64,000 nt of DNA, from assembly GCA_963766295.1 (NCBI GenBank), contig CAVXYW010000002.1, positions 123,929 to 187,928 of the forward strand, read 5' to 3'. A model generated the notes under the pieces. That model made no database searches. It was not told the origin of the DNA and saw only the letters and a list, made by a program, of their open reading frames with translations. Origin of the DNA: an uncultured Actinomycetes bacterium. Lineage in GTDB: Bacteria; Actinomycetota; JAICYB01. Shown here one piece after another: positions 18,551 through 28,176 of this stretch (position 1 is the first letter of the stretch; every line of letters begins with the position of its first letter). The position numbers and the translations under genes were made by a program.

Positions 18551-19794
18551 GCCGACCACCTCACAGGTAGAGATTTCAATCCACGGAGGGTCAAGGTGCT
18601 CCTCCATTCGGGTTCATCGCAAGCCAGCTCGATACCGGGCAGCCTCCGTAACAACTCGGTGAAAGCCACATGTCCCTCGACGCGTGCGAGCGCCGCGCCG
18701 AGGCAGAAATGCATGCCCGCACCGAAAGAAACGACTTGGACGTCCTCCCTTTCGACCTTCAAAGAGTCGGGGTCCTCGAAGACGTCGGGGTCCCTGTTAC
18801 CGGCTCCCAGGAGAAGGATCAGCTGCTCGCCCTTCTTGATGGCGTTGCCGGCTAGATCGATGTCCGTTAGTGCATTGCGCGCCGTCAACTGAACAGGGGA
18901 GTCGTACCGCAGCAATTCCTCGATCCCGTTGCGAACGAGGGACGGATCCGATGCAAGCAATCCCTTTTGCTCCGGATGCTTTAGGAGAGCGAGCAGCCCG
19001 TTGCCGATCAGGTTCTGCGTCGTTTCGTGACCTGCGATGAAGATGAGGACGCAAAGGCCGAGCAACTCATCGAAGGCGAGGCGGTCGCCTTCCTGCTCGG
19101 CTGCGATCAGACGGCTGAGCATGTCGTCCTTGGGACGCTCACGCCGTTCTTCGATCAGCTGTGAGAAGTAGACCGCGAACTGTCCAAGGGTCGCGAGAGC
19201 CGTCTGCATGACTTCCGGTGGAGTGAAGGGATCGAGGATCGGCGCGATGTCGCCGGACCAGCCCTTGAACTTGTCGCGATCCTCAACTGGAACACCCATG
19301 AGCTCGCAGATGACCAGGGCCGGCAACGGATATGCGAAGTCGCTGATCACATCCATCTCTTTGCCGTCCAGCGCCCCATCGATGAGCTCGCCGACGATCT
19401 CCTCGATGTGCGGGCGCAACTTCTCGACAGTTCGAGGGGTAAATGCCTTGTTGACCAGATTTCGCATGCGCGTGTGATTGGGCGGATCAGTGAACAGCAG
19501 GATGCGGTCGGCGAAGTTCTGGATGGGGTCCATCGCGCGCTGCTCTGGAGTTATTAACTGGTCGAAGACTGTGGCGTTACGGGGATCTGATGAGAAGCGC
19601 TCGTCGCGAAGGACGGACAATATGTCGTTGTAGCGCGTGAGCGTCCAGATCCCGATCTCGGAGCGGTGGATCGGATGCTCGTCCCGGTAGCGCTTGTAGA
19701 CGGGATAAGGGTTGGCCCGGTTGGCCGGCACCTCGAGCTCGCGCAGGGCGGGCGAGAGGAACTCTTCGAAGGCGATCGGTTCTGTCTGTGTCAT
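18547..19794 (-). CDS. Cytochrome P450
   Basis: DPPNHTRMR, AGHETT, EELLR, FGAGMHFCLG. Confidence 0.95.
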   Translation of the reverse strand: MTQTEPIAFEEFLSPALRELEVPANRANPYPVYKRYRDEHPIHRSEIGIWTLTRYNDILSVLRDERFSSDPRNATVFDQLITPEQRAMDPIQNFADRILLFTDPPNHTRMRNLVNKAFTPRTVEKLRPHIEEIVGELIDGALDGKEMDVISDFAYPLPALVICELMGVPVEDRDKFKGWSGDIAPILDPFTPPEVMQTALATLGQFAVYFSQLIEERRERPKDDMLSRLIAAEQEGDRLAFDELLGLCVLIFIAGHETTQNLIGNGLLALLKHPEQKGLLASDPSLVRNGIEELLRYDSPVQLTARNALTDIDLAGNAIKKGEQLILLLGAGNRDPDVFEDPDSLKVEREDVQVVSFGAGMHFCLGAALARVEGHVAFTELLRRLPGIELACDEPEWRSTLTLRGLKSLPVRWSA

Positions 19795-19896
19795 AGCTTC
19801 CCCGCTTTGACTAGAGAATGAGCATGAACGACGCTTGGGGCCACTGCAACGAGACCATCGTTGAGGCGAAGTTCACCGAAGCGAGGAGGAGCCGCA

Positions 19897-20724
19897 ATGA
19901 CTGATACGAAAACCGACACGGACGTCGTTCTCTACGAGGTCTCCGACGGGATAGCGACGCTCACGCTCAATCGTCCCGACCGCCTCAATGCCTGGACGGG
20001 CGGGTTGGCTCGCCGCTATTACTCCCTGCTCGAGCAGGCATCGGCCGACGACAACGTGAGAGTGATCGTCGTGACGGGAGCCGGGCGCGGATTCTGCGCC
20101 GGCGCCGACATGGACAGCCTTCAAGGCAACGCCGAAACCGACGAATCCGATGCCGGTCTAGATCGTCCGATCTGGTTCCCGACCACCATCTACAAGCCGA
20201 TCATCTCCGCGATAAACGGAGCATGCGCGGGCATCGGTTTCTGTGCCGCGTTGATGACCGACCTTCGTTTCGCTGCAGCGGGAGCCAAATTCACGACGGC
20301 CTTCGTCCGGCGCGGACTGATCGCCGAGCACGGAAGCTCGTGGGCGTTGCCACGGCTCATCGGTCACGCGGCGGCGCTCGACCTGCTGTTCTCGGGACGC
20401 GTGTTCCTGGCCGAGGAGGCCAAGGAGCTCGGAGTCGTCAATCAGGTCTTCGCTCCCGAAGAGCTGCTCGACAAGACGCGCGAGTACGCCAAGGACCTGA
20501 TCGACCACTGCTCGCCACGCTCAATGGCCACGATCAAGGCGGAGATCTACCGGCACTGGAACATGGACCTGGCGCCGTCGGTGAAGGAGGCCAACAACCT
20601 GATGACTCGCTCGTTCGGCTTCCCGGACTTCAAGGAAGGCGTGCAGAGTTTCGTCCAGAAGCGGAATCCCGATTTCGATCCGCTGCCCGGCGACTACGAA
20701 GTTCTGCCGAAGGACTGGAGCTAA
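19897..20724 (+). CDS. Enoyl-CoA hydratase/isomerase
   Basis: LNRPDRLNA, FCAGADM, KPIISAINGACAG. Confidence 0.92.
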   Translation: MTDTKTDTDVVLYEVSDGIATLTLNRPDRLNAWTGGLARRYYSLLEQASADDNVRVIVVTGAGRGFCAGADMDSLQGNAETDESDAGLDRPIWFPTTIYKPIISAINGACAGIGFCAALMTDLRFAAAGAKFTTAFVRRGLIAEHGSSWALPRLIGHAAALDLLFSGRVFLAEEAKELGVVNQVFAPEELLDKTREYAKDLIDHCSPRSMATIKAEIYRHWNMDLAPSVKEANNLMTRSFGFPDFKEGVQSFVQKRNPDFDPLPGDYEVLPKDWS

Positions 20725-21236
20725 TGCCCACGTTTGCCACGCTCGTCACCACCTTGGGTGACATCAAGGTTCGGCTTCTCCCGGAGACGGCCCCCGACAC
20801 TGTCGAGAACTTCGTTGGTCTAGCCACTGGTTCGAAGGAGTGGACGGACCCGGAGAGCGGCGAGAAGAAGAACGAACCTCTGTACAACGGGACCGTGTTC
20901 CACCGCGTGATCCCGAACTTCATGATCCAAGGCGGCGATCCTCTCGGGACGGGCACCGGTGGTCCCGGTTACAAGTTCCACGACGAGGTCGACTCGGGGC
21001 CGAAGTTCGATGGCCCCGGTTACCTGGCGATGGCGAACGCCGGGCCGAACACCAACGGGAGTCAGTTCTTCGTGACGGTTGCGCCGACGCCGCACCTAAC
21101 GGGGCGCCACACGATCTTCGGAGTAGTTGAGAACGGCCAGGACGTAGCCGACGCGATCTCGAAGTTGGACACCGATGGTCGTGATCGTCCGAATACCGAC
21201 GTCGTTCTGCAAGAGGTTCGGATCGAAGAGGAGTAG
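20724..21236 (+). CDS. ppiA: Cyclophilin-type peptidyl-prolyl cis-trans isomerase
   Basis: FHRVIPNFMIQGGDP, LAMANAGPNTNGSQFF, HTIFG. TAATG overlap with the upstream gene. Confidence 0.93.
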   Translation: MPTFATLVTTLGDIKVRLLPETAPDTVENFVGLATGSKEWTDPESGEKKNEPLYNGTVFHRVIPNFMIQGGDPLGTGTGGPGYKFHDEVDSGPKFDGPGYLAMANAGPNTNGSQFFVTVAPTPHLTGRHTIFGVVENGQDVADAISKLDTDGRDRPNTDVVLQEVRIEEE

Positions 21237-21247
21237 CTTCGGGTTAA

Positions 21248-21946
21248 GTGGCAGCTGAGACTCGTCGTTTCATTCAGTCGCCTATCCGGGTGGCACCGCA
21301 CCACCGCTTTTTTATTGCTGCAGCGGTGGTCATTGGATGCTCCGGTTGCGGGCAAGAAGGTGTAGCCGTCCCCCAGACTGCCCAGATTGTTTGCAATGAG
21401 GACGGATCGACGACACTGGTGACTCCGGTTGTGCGCACGCAGCGCGACGGAGTTCATTTTCGTGTGCGGAATGATGCCGACGAGCACGCACTCATCTCAA
21501 GCCTTGGTGAAGCACTTCCAGGCAGCAGTAATGACTTCGTCTCAACGGTTGAGCCTGGAAAGGTGGACGTTACGTGCTTTTTCCACTCCTTGCACCAAAA
21601 CAGAGACGAACCGGCGCGCCACCCGCTGATCGTTCGCGATACCGATAGTTATTGGGTGGGCGCCGAGTGTCTATGGAACTCCGACAAGCCCAGGCAGTCC
21701 AGCATCCACGACTTCGGCGGTGGTGCGGATGGCGTTCTGCGAGGAGACGCAGACAATCCAATCGAAGCTGTCCGAGAGGTGGAACAGCTGCTCCCTACGG
21801 ACGTCGTCGAGGTGGTCGGCTATGCGGAATCTTCACGTCCAATGGTTCGATTGATTCGAGACGAGAAGATCGAAAAGGTCTTTAACGTGTTCACTCCGGA
21901 TGGAGGCGGCTGGCTTGTCAGTGGCGATATCGAGTGTGAGGCTTAG
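21248..21946 (+). CDS. Hypothetical exported/lipoprotein
   Basis: Fills the gap exactly. Hydrophobic stretch followed by GCSGC. Visibly more AT-rich than neighbours. Confidence 0.6.
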   Translation: MAAETRRFIQSPIRVAPHHRFFIAAAVVIGCSGCGQEGVAVPQTAQIVCNEDGSTTLVTPVVRTQRDGVHFRVRNDADEHALISSLGEALPGSSNDFVSTVEPGKVDVTCFFHSLHQNRDEPARHPLIVRDTDSYWVGAECLWNSDKPRQSSIHDFGGGADGVLRGDADNPIEAVREVEQLLPTDVVEVVGYAESSRPMVRLIRDEKIEKVFNVFTPDGGGWLVSGDIECEA

Positions 21947-21973
21947 CGACACGGCTGAGTGCTAGAAGAATCG

Positions 21974-23359
21974 TTAGACCGGCGCGCCGGGTGCAGTTAA
22001 GGCCCAGGGACGTTCGCGTTCGACGGTCAGAGCCAGATCAAACAGGACGGGGTCCCAGTGGTGGCGCGCCATGATCTGCATGCCGACAGGTAGTCCTTCG
22101 AAAGTGCCGACAGGGATCGAAACGGCTGGGTTCCCAACGATGTTGGCCGGGATCGTCAGTGCTCCGTTGTTCTCCGGACCCACCTTCTGCTCGCCGACAC
22201 GCAGGTTCAGCGTTACCTCGGCCGGATAGGCGACATCCGGGTTGGTCGCGCTGATGACGAGGTCGACGTCGTCGAACAGCGCCGCCATCGTCTCGTTGGC
22301 TTCCGTGCGCTGCGCTTCGTTGTTCGCGGCGACGTTCAGGTTGAAGGCCTGCTCGGCGATCGTCATGCCGAAAGCCATCTCTTCGGTTAGATCGTCCTTG
22401 CACTCCGGCCATTTGCCCTGGAGAGCCTTGTGCAGCTGGACGAGGTTCGACACGGCCCACTCGAAACCGAGCTCCGGCATCTTCACCGGGATATCGACCA
22501 GTACGAGACCGACGTCTTTGGCCAGCGCGTCTGCTGCTTCCATGACTAAGTCGGCGACTTCGGGACGAACCACCGCGCTGCCGAGGTTGGGTGAGATGAC
22601 TGCCTTGAGGCCCTTGAGTTCGCGGGTGCCGAGATCGCGTTCCCATCCTTCGATCTTCGGAAGGCTGTACGGGTCGCGCATGTCGTATCCGGCACACACG
22701 TCGTACCACCGCGCGACATCGCGAACCGAGCGCGCCTGGCAACCGAGCACGACCGTCATCGGCGCGATCTCAGTCTTTGGACCACGCGGGATGCGTCCGG
22801 CGGTTCCCTTCATTCCGAGAAGACCGTTGAACGCGGCCGGGATCCTTATCGATCCGCCGCCGTCGCCTCCGGACGCGATCGGGACGAGTCCGCCGGCTAC
22901 GGCGGCGGAGCTACCCCCTGAAGAGCCACCGGCTGTTTGACTCGGCTTCCATGCATTCCCGGTTACGCCGTTGAGCTTCGACACGCTCACGTTGAGCCCG
23001 CCGAATTCGCTCGCCGTGCACATCCCGACCGGATTGGCGCCGGCTGCGAACAGCCGCCTTGCCCACGTGCTCGTGTACGTCGCTTTGCGGTCCTTGAAGG
23101 CGAGCGATGCCTCGTCCGCCGGCCAACCTTCGATGTTGTCGAGCTCTTTGATGCCAACAGGCACGCCGCCGAAGGGGAGGCTGGTGTCCGCCTTGGCTGC
23201 TCGCTCACGCGCGGCTTCCTCATCGATGTAGGAGAAGGCATTCAGCCGAGAGTTCTCGATCGCCTTGAGCGAGGCCTCGAGCGCGTCGAGCGGTGTGAGT
23301 TCACCGGCGCGCATCGCGTCGACTAGGGAGCAGGCGTCCTGCAGCCAGGGCTCAGCCAT
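21974..23359 (-). CDS. Amidase signature family protein
   Basis: GVPVGIKE, GGSSGGS, GGDGGGSIRIPA. Confidence 0.93.
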   Translation of the reverse strand: MAEPWLQDACSLVDAMRAGELTPLDALEASLKAIENSRLNAFSYIDEEAARERAAKADTSLPFGGVPVGIKELDNIEGWPADEASLAFKDRKATYTSTWARRLFAAGANPVGMCTASEFGGLNVSVSKLNGVTGNAWKPSQTAGGSSGGSSAAVAGGLVPIASGGDGGGSIRIPAAFNGLLGMKGTAGRIPRGPKTEIAPMTVVLGCQARSVRDVARWYDVCAGYDMRDPYSLPKIEGWERDLGTRELKGLKAVISPNLGSAVVRPEVADLVMEAADALAKDVGLVLVDIPVKMPELGFEWAVSNLVQLHKALQGKWPECKDDLTEEMAFGMTIAEQAFNLNVAANNEAQRTEANETMAALFDDVDLVISATNPDVAYPAEVTLNLRVGEQKVGPENNGALTIPANIVGNPAVSIPVGTFEGLPVGMQIMARHHWDPVLFDLALTVERERPWALTAPGAPV

Positions 23360-23401
23360 CGCGCGATGCTATCTAGCCGGCGGTCTAGAGTTCTATTCCT
23401 T

Positions 23402-23992
23402 ATGGAGTTCCAGGAAGTTATTCGCCGGCGGCGCATGGTTCGCAACTTCGACGACCGTCCGGTACCTCCCGAGGTCCTCGACCGCATCCTTGAGAACGCT
23501 CTGCATGCGCCGTCCGCCGGTTTCACGCAGGGGTGGGCATTCCTTGTATTCGAAGGACCCGAGGAAACAGCTCGATTCTGGGATGCGACCTTCGATAGAC
23601 AGCGCCGCGTGAGCTTCCGGTGGCCCGGGTTGTTCAAAGCGCCGGTGATCATCGTTCCGCTCTCATCCGAGGATGCTTATCTCGATCGCTACGCGGAGCC
23701 GGACAAAGGTTGGACGGATCGCGACGCGGCGCGATGGCCCGTCCCGTACTGGCATATCGATACCGGTTTTGCATCTCTACTTATGTTGCTGAGCGCAGTG
23801 GACGCCGAGCTGGGCGCCCTGTTCTTCGGCATCTTCCGGCCGGACGAGTTCAAGAAGGCCTTCGGGATCCCGACGTCTTACGCGCCGATCGGCGCGATAG
23901 CGATCGGATACCCGGCGCCCGACCAGGCTTCGCCATCTCTCAGGCGCGGGCGACGCTTGCTTGGAGAGGTTGTGCATCGCGGCCACTGGTAA
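23402..23992 (+). CDS. Nitroreductase family protein
   Basis: RRRMVRNF, APSAGFTQGW, LGALFFG, IAIGYP. Confidence 0.9.
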   Translation: MEFQEVIRRRRMVRNFDDRPVPPEVLDRILENALHAPSAGFTQGWAFLVFEGPEETARFWDATFDRQRRVSFRWPGLFKAPVIIVPLSSEDAYLDRYAEPDKGWTDRDAARWPVPYWHIDTGFASLLMLLSAVDAELGALFFGIFRPDEFKKAFGIPTSYAPIGAIAIGYPAPDQASPSLRRGRRLLGEVVHRGHW

Positions 23993-24082
23993 ACGAGCCG
24001 CCGCAGCTCTGCAGGCGACCTCGTTTGCCACTCGCTTCGCTCGCGGTGAACACGACCCTCAGAAAGGGTAAAGACTCTAGGT

Positions 24083-25201
24083 ATGCGCATCGCTCAAGTG
24101 GCGCCCTTATACGAGAGCGTGCCGCCGCACTACTACGGCGGCACCGAGCGTGTCGTTTCATATCTCACCGAAGAACTCGTTCGTCAGGGCCATGACGTAA
24201 CGCTTTTCGCTGCGGGTGACTCGGTTACGACCGCCCACCTGGTTCCCGCGGTACACCGAAGCCTGCGCCTGGACAAGCATTGCATCGACGAGATATCGCA
24301 CCACGTGCATCTCGTTGAGCGGATCGCTCAGATGGAAGGCGAATTCGACGTCATCCATTTCCATCTCGGCTACCTGCACTTCCCGATCGCTCGCCGCATG
24401 AGGACCCCTCATATCTCTACACAGCACGGCCGCCTCGACTTACCGGATCTCGTTGGGCTTTACAGCACTTTCCGCGACGTTGCTAACGTCTCGATTTCAA
24501 ACGACCAACGCAAGCCGATGCCGTGGATGAACTGGGTAGCGACCGTCTATCACGGGCTCGATCCGAACATGTACCGATTCCACGAGTCGCCCGGGAAGTA
24601 TTTCGCTTTCCTCGGACGTATAAGTCCTGAGAAGCGAGTTGATCGGGCAATAGCGATCGCGAAGCAGGTCGGAGTGCCGCTCAAGATCGCGGCGAAGGTG
24701 GACAAGGTCGACGTCGAGTACTTCGAAACACTTATCAGACCTTTACTGGACAGCGAACTGATCGAGTACGTCGGTGAGATCGGCGAAGGGGAGAAGACGG
24801 AGTTCCTCGGCAACGCAGGTGCGCTGATCTTTCCGATCGACTGGCCCGAACCTTTCGGTCTCGTGATGATCGAGTCGCTCGCTTGCGGTACTCCGGTCAT
24901 CGCTTACCGCCAGGGCTCAGTACCGGAAGTTCTCACGCACGGCGTCGACGGATGGCTCGTTAACACCATCGAAGAGGCGACAGAAGCTGCGGCCTCTACG
25001 AGCATCCAGCGCCGCAATTGTCGCGAGACATTCGAGCGCCGATTCACTTCGGCGAAGATGGCGTCGAACTACGTTGGGGTCTATGAGCGCGTAATATCCG
25101 GCGAGCATGCTCCGCATGCGCCTCCTCCATCCGCCGCCGAGGCAGAGGCTGCCGCAGTGTCTCTGCGGCGAGAGCCGGACCCCGGCATGCCGGACGTCTG
25201 A
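24083..25201 (+). CDS. Glycosyltransferase family 4
   Basis: VPPHYYGGTERV, GRISPEK, WPEPFGLVMIESLACGTPV. Confidence 0.93.
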   Translation: MRIAQVAPLYESVPPHYYGGTERVVSYLTEELVRQGHDVTLFAAGDSVTTAHLVPAVHRSLRLDKHCIDEISHHVHLVERIAQMEGEFDVIHFHLGYLHFPIARRMRTPHISTQHGRLDLPDLVGLYSTFRDVANVSISNDQRKPMPWMNWVATVYHGLDPNMYRFHESPGKYFAFLGRISPEKRVDRAIAIAKQVGVPLKIAAKVDKVDVEYFETLIRPLLDSELIEYVGEIGEGEKTEFLGNAGALIFPIDWPEPFGLVMIESLACGTPVIAYRQGSVPEVLTHGVDGWLVNTIEEATEAAASTSIQRRNCRETFERRFTSAKMASNYVGVYERVISGEHAPHAPPPSAAEAEAAAVSLRREPDPGMPDV

Positions 25202-25209
25202 GAGAAGAC

Positions 25210-27366
25210 TTGTCCGAAGTAATCCGGGTTCGCGATCAGTTCTACATCCTTGCTTCTTCGCCTCTGGCCGAAAGCCAGACGCGCGTGCTCAAGCAAGGAG
25301 AAACGTTCGCGATCTTCGATCTCTACGGTGACGTCAGACGGTTGGGGAGCGGCGAGCAAGGCGTCTACCACCAGGGAACGCGCTACTTATCTCGCTCTGT
25401 TCTTCGATTGGGCGACGAACGTCCTTTAGTGCTGGGGTCGTCGGTGACCGACGACAACGTCGTGTTTGCCATCGATCTAACGAATCCGGACATGACGATC
25501 GGCGAAACCTTCGTGCCGCGCGGAGCGCTGCACATCTTCCGTTCGATCTTTCTCTGGAACGGCGTTTGCTACCAGCGCTTCCGGTTGTTCAGCTACGCCG
25601 AGACCGACCTCGACGTGGAGCTGTCGCTGGCAGTCGAATCCGATTTCGCCGACATCTTCGAGGTGCGTGGTGTCGTCCGCGAGCAGCGCGGCACGTTGTC
25701 CGATCCGCGAACGGAGGACGGCGCCCTGGTCATCGGATATCAAGGCCTCGACGGTGTCGAGCGCAGTACGAGGGTCCAAGCGTCCGAAGGAGCGGCGGTA
25801 GACGACTCGCAGATCGATTTCATTGTCAATCTGCCGCCGCACACGCCGCGGGAGCTGTTCGTAGCGATCGTCTGCGAAGCCGGAACCGAGCGCAGGACGA
25901 TCGAGCCCTACGCGACGGCCATCGTCGGGCAGCGCGAGTCGCAGATGCGGATGTCCGAATCCCAGGCAACAGTGCGGACGTCCAACGAGCTGTTCAATTC
26001 TTTGTTGGAACGGTCCTACGCCGACATTCGGATGATGATCACAGAGACCCAGCACGGTCCTTTCCCGTATGCGGGCGTCCCCTGGTTCAGCGCTCCGTTC
26101 GGGCGCGACGCGATCATCACGGCCTTCGAACTCCTCTGGGTCGACCCGAAGATCGCACGCGGAGCGCTTGCATACCTCGCGGCGACCCAAGCCACGGAAG
26201 TCGATCTCGAACGCGAAGCGGAGCCGGGGAAGATCGTCCACGAGCAGCGAAACGGAGAGATGGCGAAGCTCGGAGAAGTGCCCTTCGGCAATTACTACGG
26301 CTCCGTCGACTCCACGCCCTTGTTCGTTGCCTTGGCCGGCGAGTACTTCAAGGTGACGGGCGATCTCGAGTTCATCCGTAGCATCTGGACGAACGTCGAA
26401 GCCGCGCTCGAATGGATCGACAGATACGGCGACGCGGACGGCGACGGCTTCGTCGAGTACCGGGGCTCGGCCCGCGGTCTGGTCCAGCAAGGCTGGAAGG
26501 ACTCACACGACTCCGTCTTTCACGCAAACGGACAGATCGCTCTGCCTCCCATCGCGTTGTGCGAAGTGCAGGGCTACGTCTACTGGGCCAAGCGCAGGGG
26601 AGCCCAGCTCGCGGCGGCTCTTGGTTACGCGGATCGAGCGGAGGTCCTGGACAAACAGGCTTCGACCTTGCGCGAAGCGTTCGAGGAGTCGTTCTGGTCG
26701 GAAGAGCTCGGCACATACGTGTTGGCGCTTGACGGGAACAAACAGCAGTGCAAGGTGCGCGCGTCGAATGCCGGACACGTCCTGATCCACAAGATCGCTT
26801 CGGACGAACGCGCAGGATTGGTGGACTCCGCTCTGACGTCGGATGCGTTCTTCTCAGGCTGGGGTATCCGAACGCTGGCGAGTACGGAGACCAGATATGG
26901 CCCGATCACTTACCACAACGGATCGATCTGGCCGCACGACAACGCGATGGTGGCCTTCGGCCTCGCGAGGTACGGACACAAGGAGGCCGCGCGAAGTGTC
27001 TTGGGCGCGTTGCTCGACGCATCATCGACGTTGGAGTTCCACCGCTTGCCCGAGCTCTATTGCGGATTTCCGCGCCGTCCAGGACAGGGACCCATCGAGT
27101 ACCCGCTGGCCTGCGCACCGCAGTCATGGGCTGCAGGTTCGGTCTTCTTACTGCTTAGGGCGTGCTTAGGGCTGACGATAGACGCTTCGAAACGTCAGAT
27201 CTCGCTCATCCGTCCAGTGTTGCCTTCGTTCATGGACCAGATAGAGATCCGTGGACTGCGTGCCGGAGATGCGTCCATCGATCTCATGTTGCACCAGCAT
27301 GAGGAAGACCTAGCGGTGCACGTGACGAATCGCGTCGGCGAGGTTGAAGTAGTCGTCGTTAAGTAG
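25210..27366 (+). CDS. Amylo-alpha-1,6-glucosidase / glycogen debranching family (GDE N-terminal + (alpha/alpha)6 domain)
   Basis: AGVPWFSAPFGRD, EPGKIVHE, YYGSVDST, QGWKDS, YHNGSIWPHDN, RLPELYCG. Confidence 0.92.
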   Translation: MSEVIRVRDQFYILASSPLAESQTRVLKQGETFAIFDLYGDVRRLGSGEQGVYHQGTRYLSRSVLRLGDERPLVLGSSVTDDNVVFAIDLTNPDMTIGETFVPRGALHIFRSIFLWNGVCYQRFRLFSYAETDLDVELSLAVESDFADIFEVRGVVREQRGTLSDPRTEDGALVIGYQGLDGVERSTRVQASEGAAVDDSQIDFIVNLPPHTPRELFVAIVCEAGTERRTIEPYATAIVGQRESQMRMSESQATVRTSNELFNSLLERSYADIRMMITETQHGPFPYAGVPWFSAPFGRDAIITAFELLWVDPKIARGALAYLAATQATEVDLEREAEPGKIVHEQRNGEMAKLGEVPFGNYYGSVDSTPLFVALAGEYFKVTGDLEFIRSIWTNVEAALEWIDRYGDADGDGFVEYRGSARGLVQQGWKDSHDSVFHANGQIALPPIALCEVQGYVYWAKRRGAQLAAALGYADRAEVLDKQASTLREAFEESFWSEELGTYVLALDGNKQQCKVRASNAGHVLIHKIASDERAGLVDSALTSDAFFSGWGIRTLASTETRYGPITYHNGSIWPHDNAMVAFGLARYGHKEAARSVLGALLDASSTLEFHRLPELYCGFPRRPGQGPIEYPLACAPQSWAAGSVFLLLRACLGLTIDASKRQISLIRPVLPSFMDQIEIRGLRAGDASIDLMLHQHEEDLAVHVTNRVGEVEVVVVK

Positions 27367-27372
27367 GTCCAA

Positions 27373-28176
27373 CTACTTGACGTTTCCGCCCAGCCACTGT
27401 GCCCACGTTATCCGTCCGTCGGCGTGGTCGGGAGCCAAGTTATGACCGGCGGCAAAGCCGGCCACTGCCTTTCCGGGAAGTGGGACGGAAAGCACGGCAC
27501 GGCGTTTTCCTTTGGCTTTGAGCCAGGACTTGACGATGCCACGCATGTCGAGGATCTCCGGGCCGCCCATGTCCGGAACGTGCTGCGATGGTCCTTGATC
27601 AACAATCGCGGCCATCCGGTCCGCCACCTCGCCGGCGTCCAATAGTTGCGTCTTGAGGCCCTTCGGCAACATGACCACCGGCGACGCCGACAAGCGCCGG
27701 CTGAATTCGTCGGCGAGTGTGTGCCACTGCGTCGTTCGCAAGATCGAGTAGGGCAGACCGCTACGCTCGACGATCTGCTCGGACTCGAGCTTCGCGCGGT
27801 AGTAACCGAGTGGGATCTTGTCGACTCCGACGATCGATATGTAAACGATGTGTGGAGCGCCGCCTCTTGCTTTCACTGCGTCGAGCATCCGCCCGGTCGG
27901 CTCGACGTCGGTCTGCCTCGGAAGCTTGTAGCCCAGCCCGCGGAGACCCGAATCGCGAGAGCCGGTTGCGCAATGGACGATCACATCAGCGTTGGCAGTG
28001 GCGTCTTCAAGTCCGGCTCCCGTGATGAGGTCCCCTCGGACCGCGCGGATACCGGCCGGTACGGGCGGGTTCGCGCGCCGGGACAGAACGGTCACGTCAT
28101 GGCCCTTGAACACCAGCCGTGGGACGAGCTCGCGGCCGAGGTCACCCGTCCCTCCTGTGACCAGCACCCGCGTCAT
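27373..28176 (-). CDS. NAD(P)-binding atypical SDR (NmrA-like)
   Basis: VTGGTGDLG, SIVGVD, YYRAK, LRTTQW. Confidence 0.87.
   Translation of the reverse strand: MTRVLVTGGTGDLGRELVPRLVFKGHDVTVLSRRANPPVPAGIRAVRGDLITGAGLEDATANADVIVHCATGSRDSGLRGLGYKLPRQTDVEPTGRMLDAVKARGGAPHIVYISIVGVDKIPLGYYRAKLESEQIVERSGLPYSILRTTQWHTLADEFSRRLSASPVVMLPKGLKTQLLDAGEVADRMAAIVDQGPSQHVPDMGGPEILDMRGIVKSWLKAKGKRRAVLSVPLPGKAVAGFAAGHNLAPDHADGRITWAQWLGGNVK

Noticed and set aside
5179-19794. Two P450s, an ABC exporter and reductases as a biosynthetic gene cluster
   Set aside because: No core synthase (PKS, NRPS, terpene, RiPP precursor) is visible, and the genes are interspersed with unrelated functions.
20223-21236. 337-aa extended cyclophilin
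   Set aside because: The extension overlaps the enoyl-CoA hydratase in another frame; the real start is ATG 20724.
24083-27366. GT4 + debranching enzyme pair as a novel system
   Set aside because: A widespread, already recognised gene pairing.
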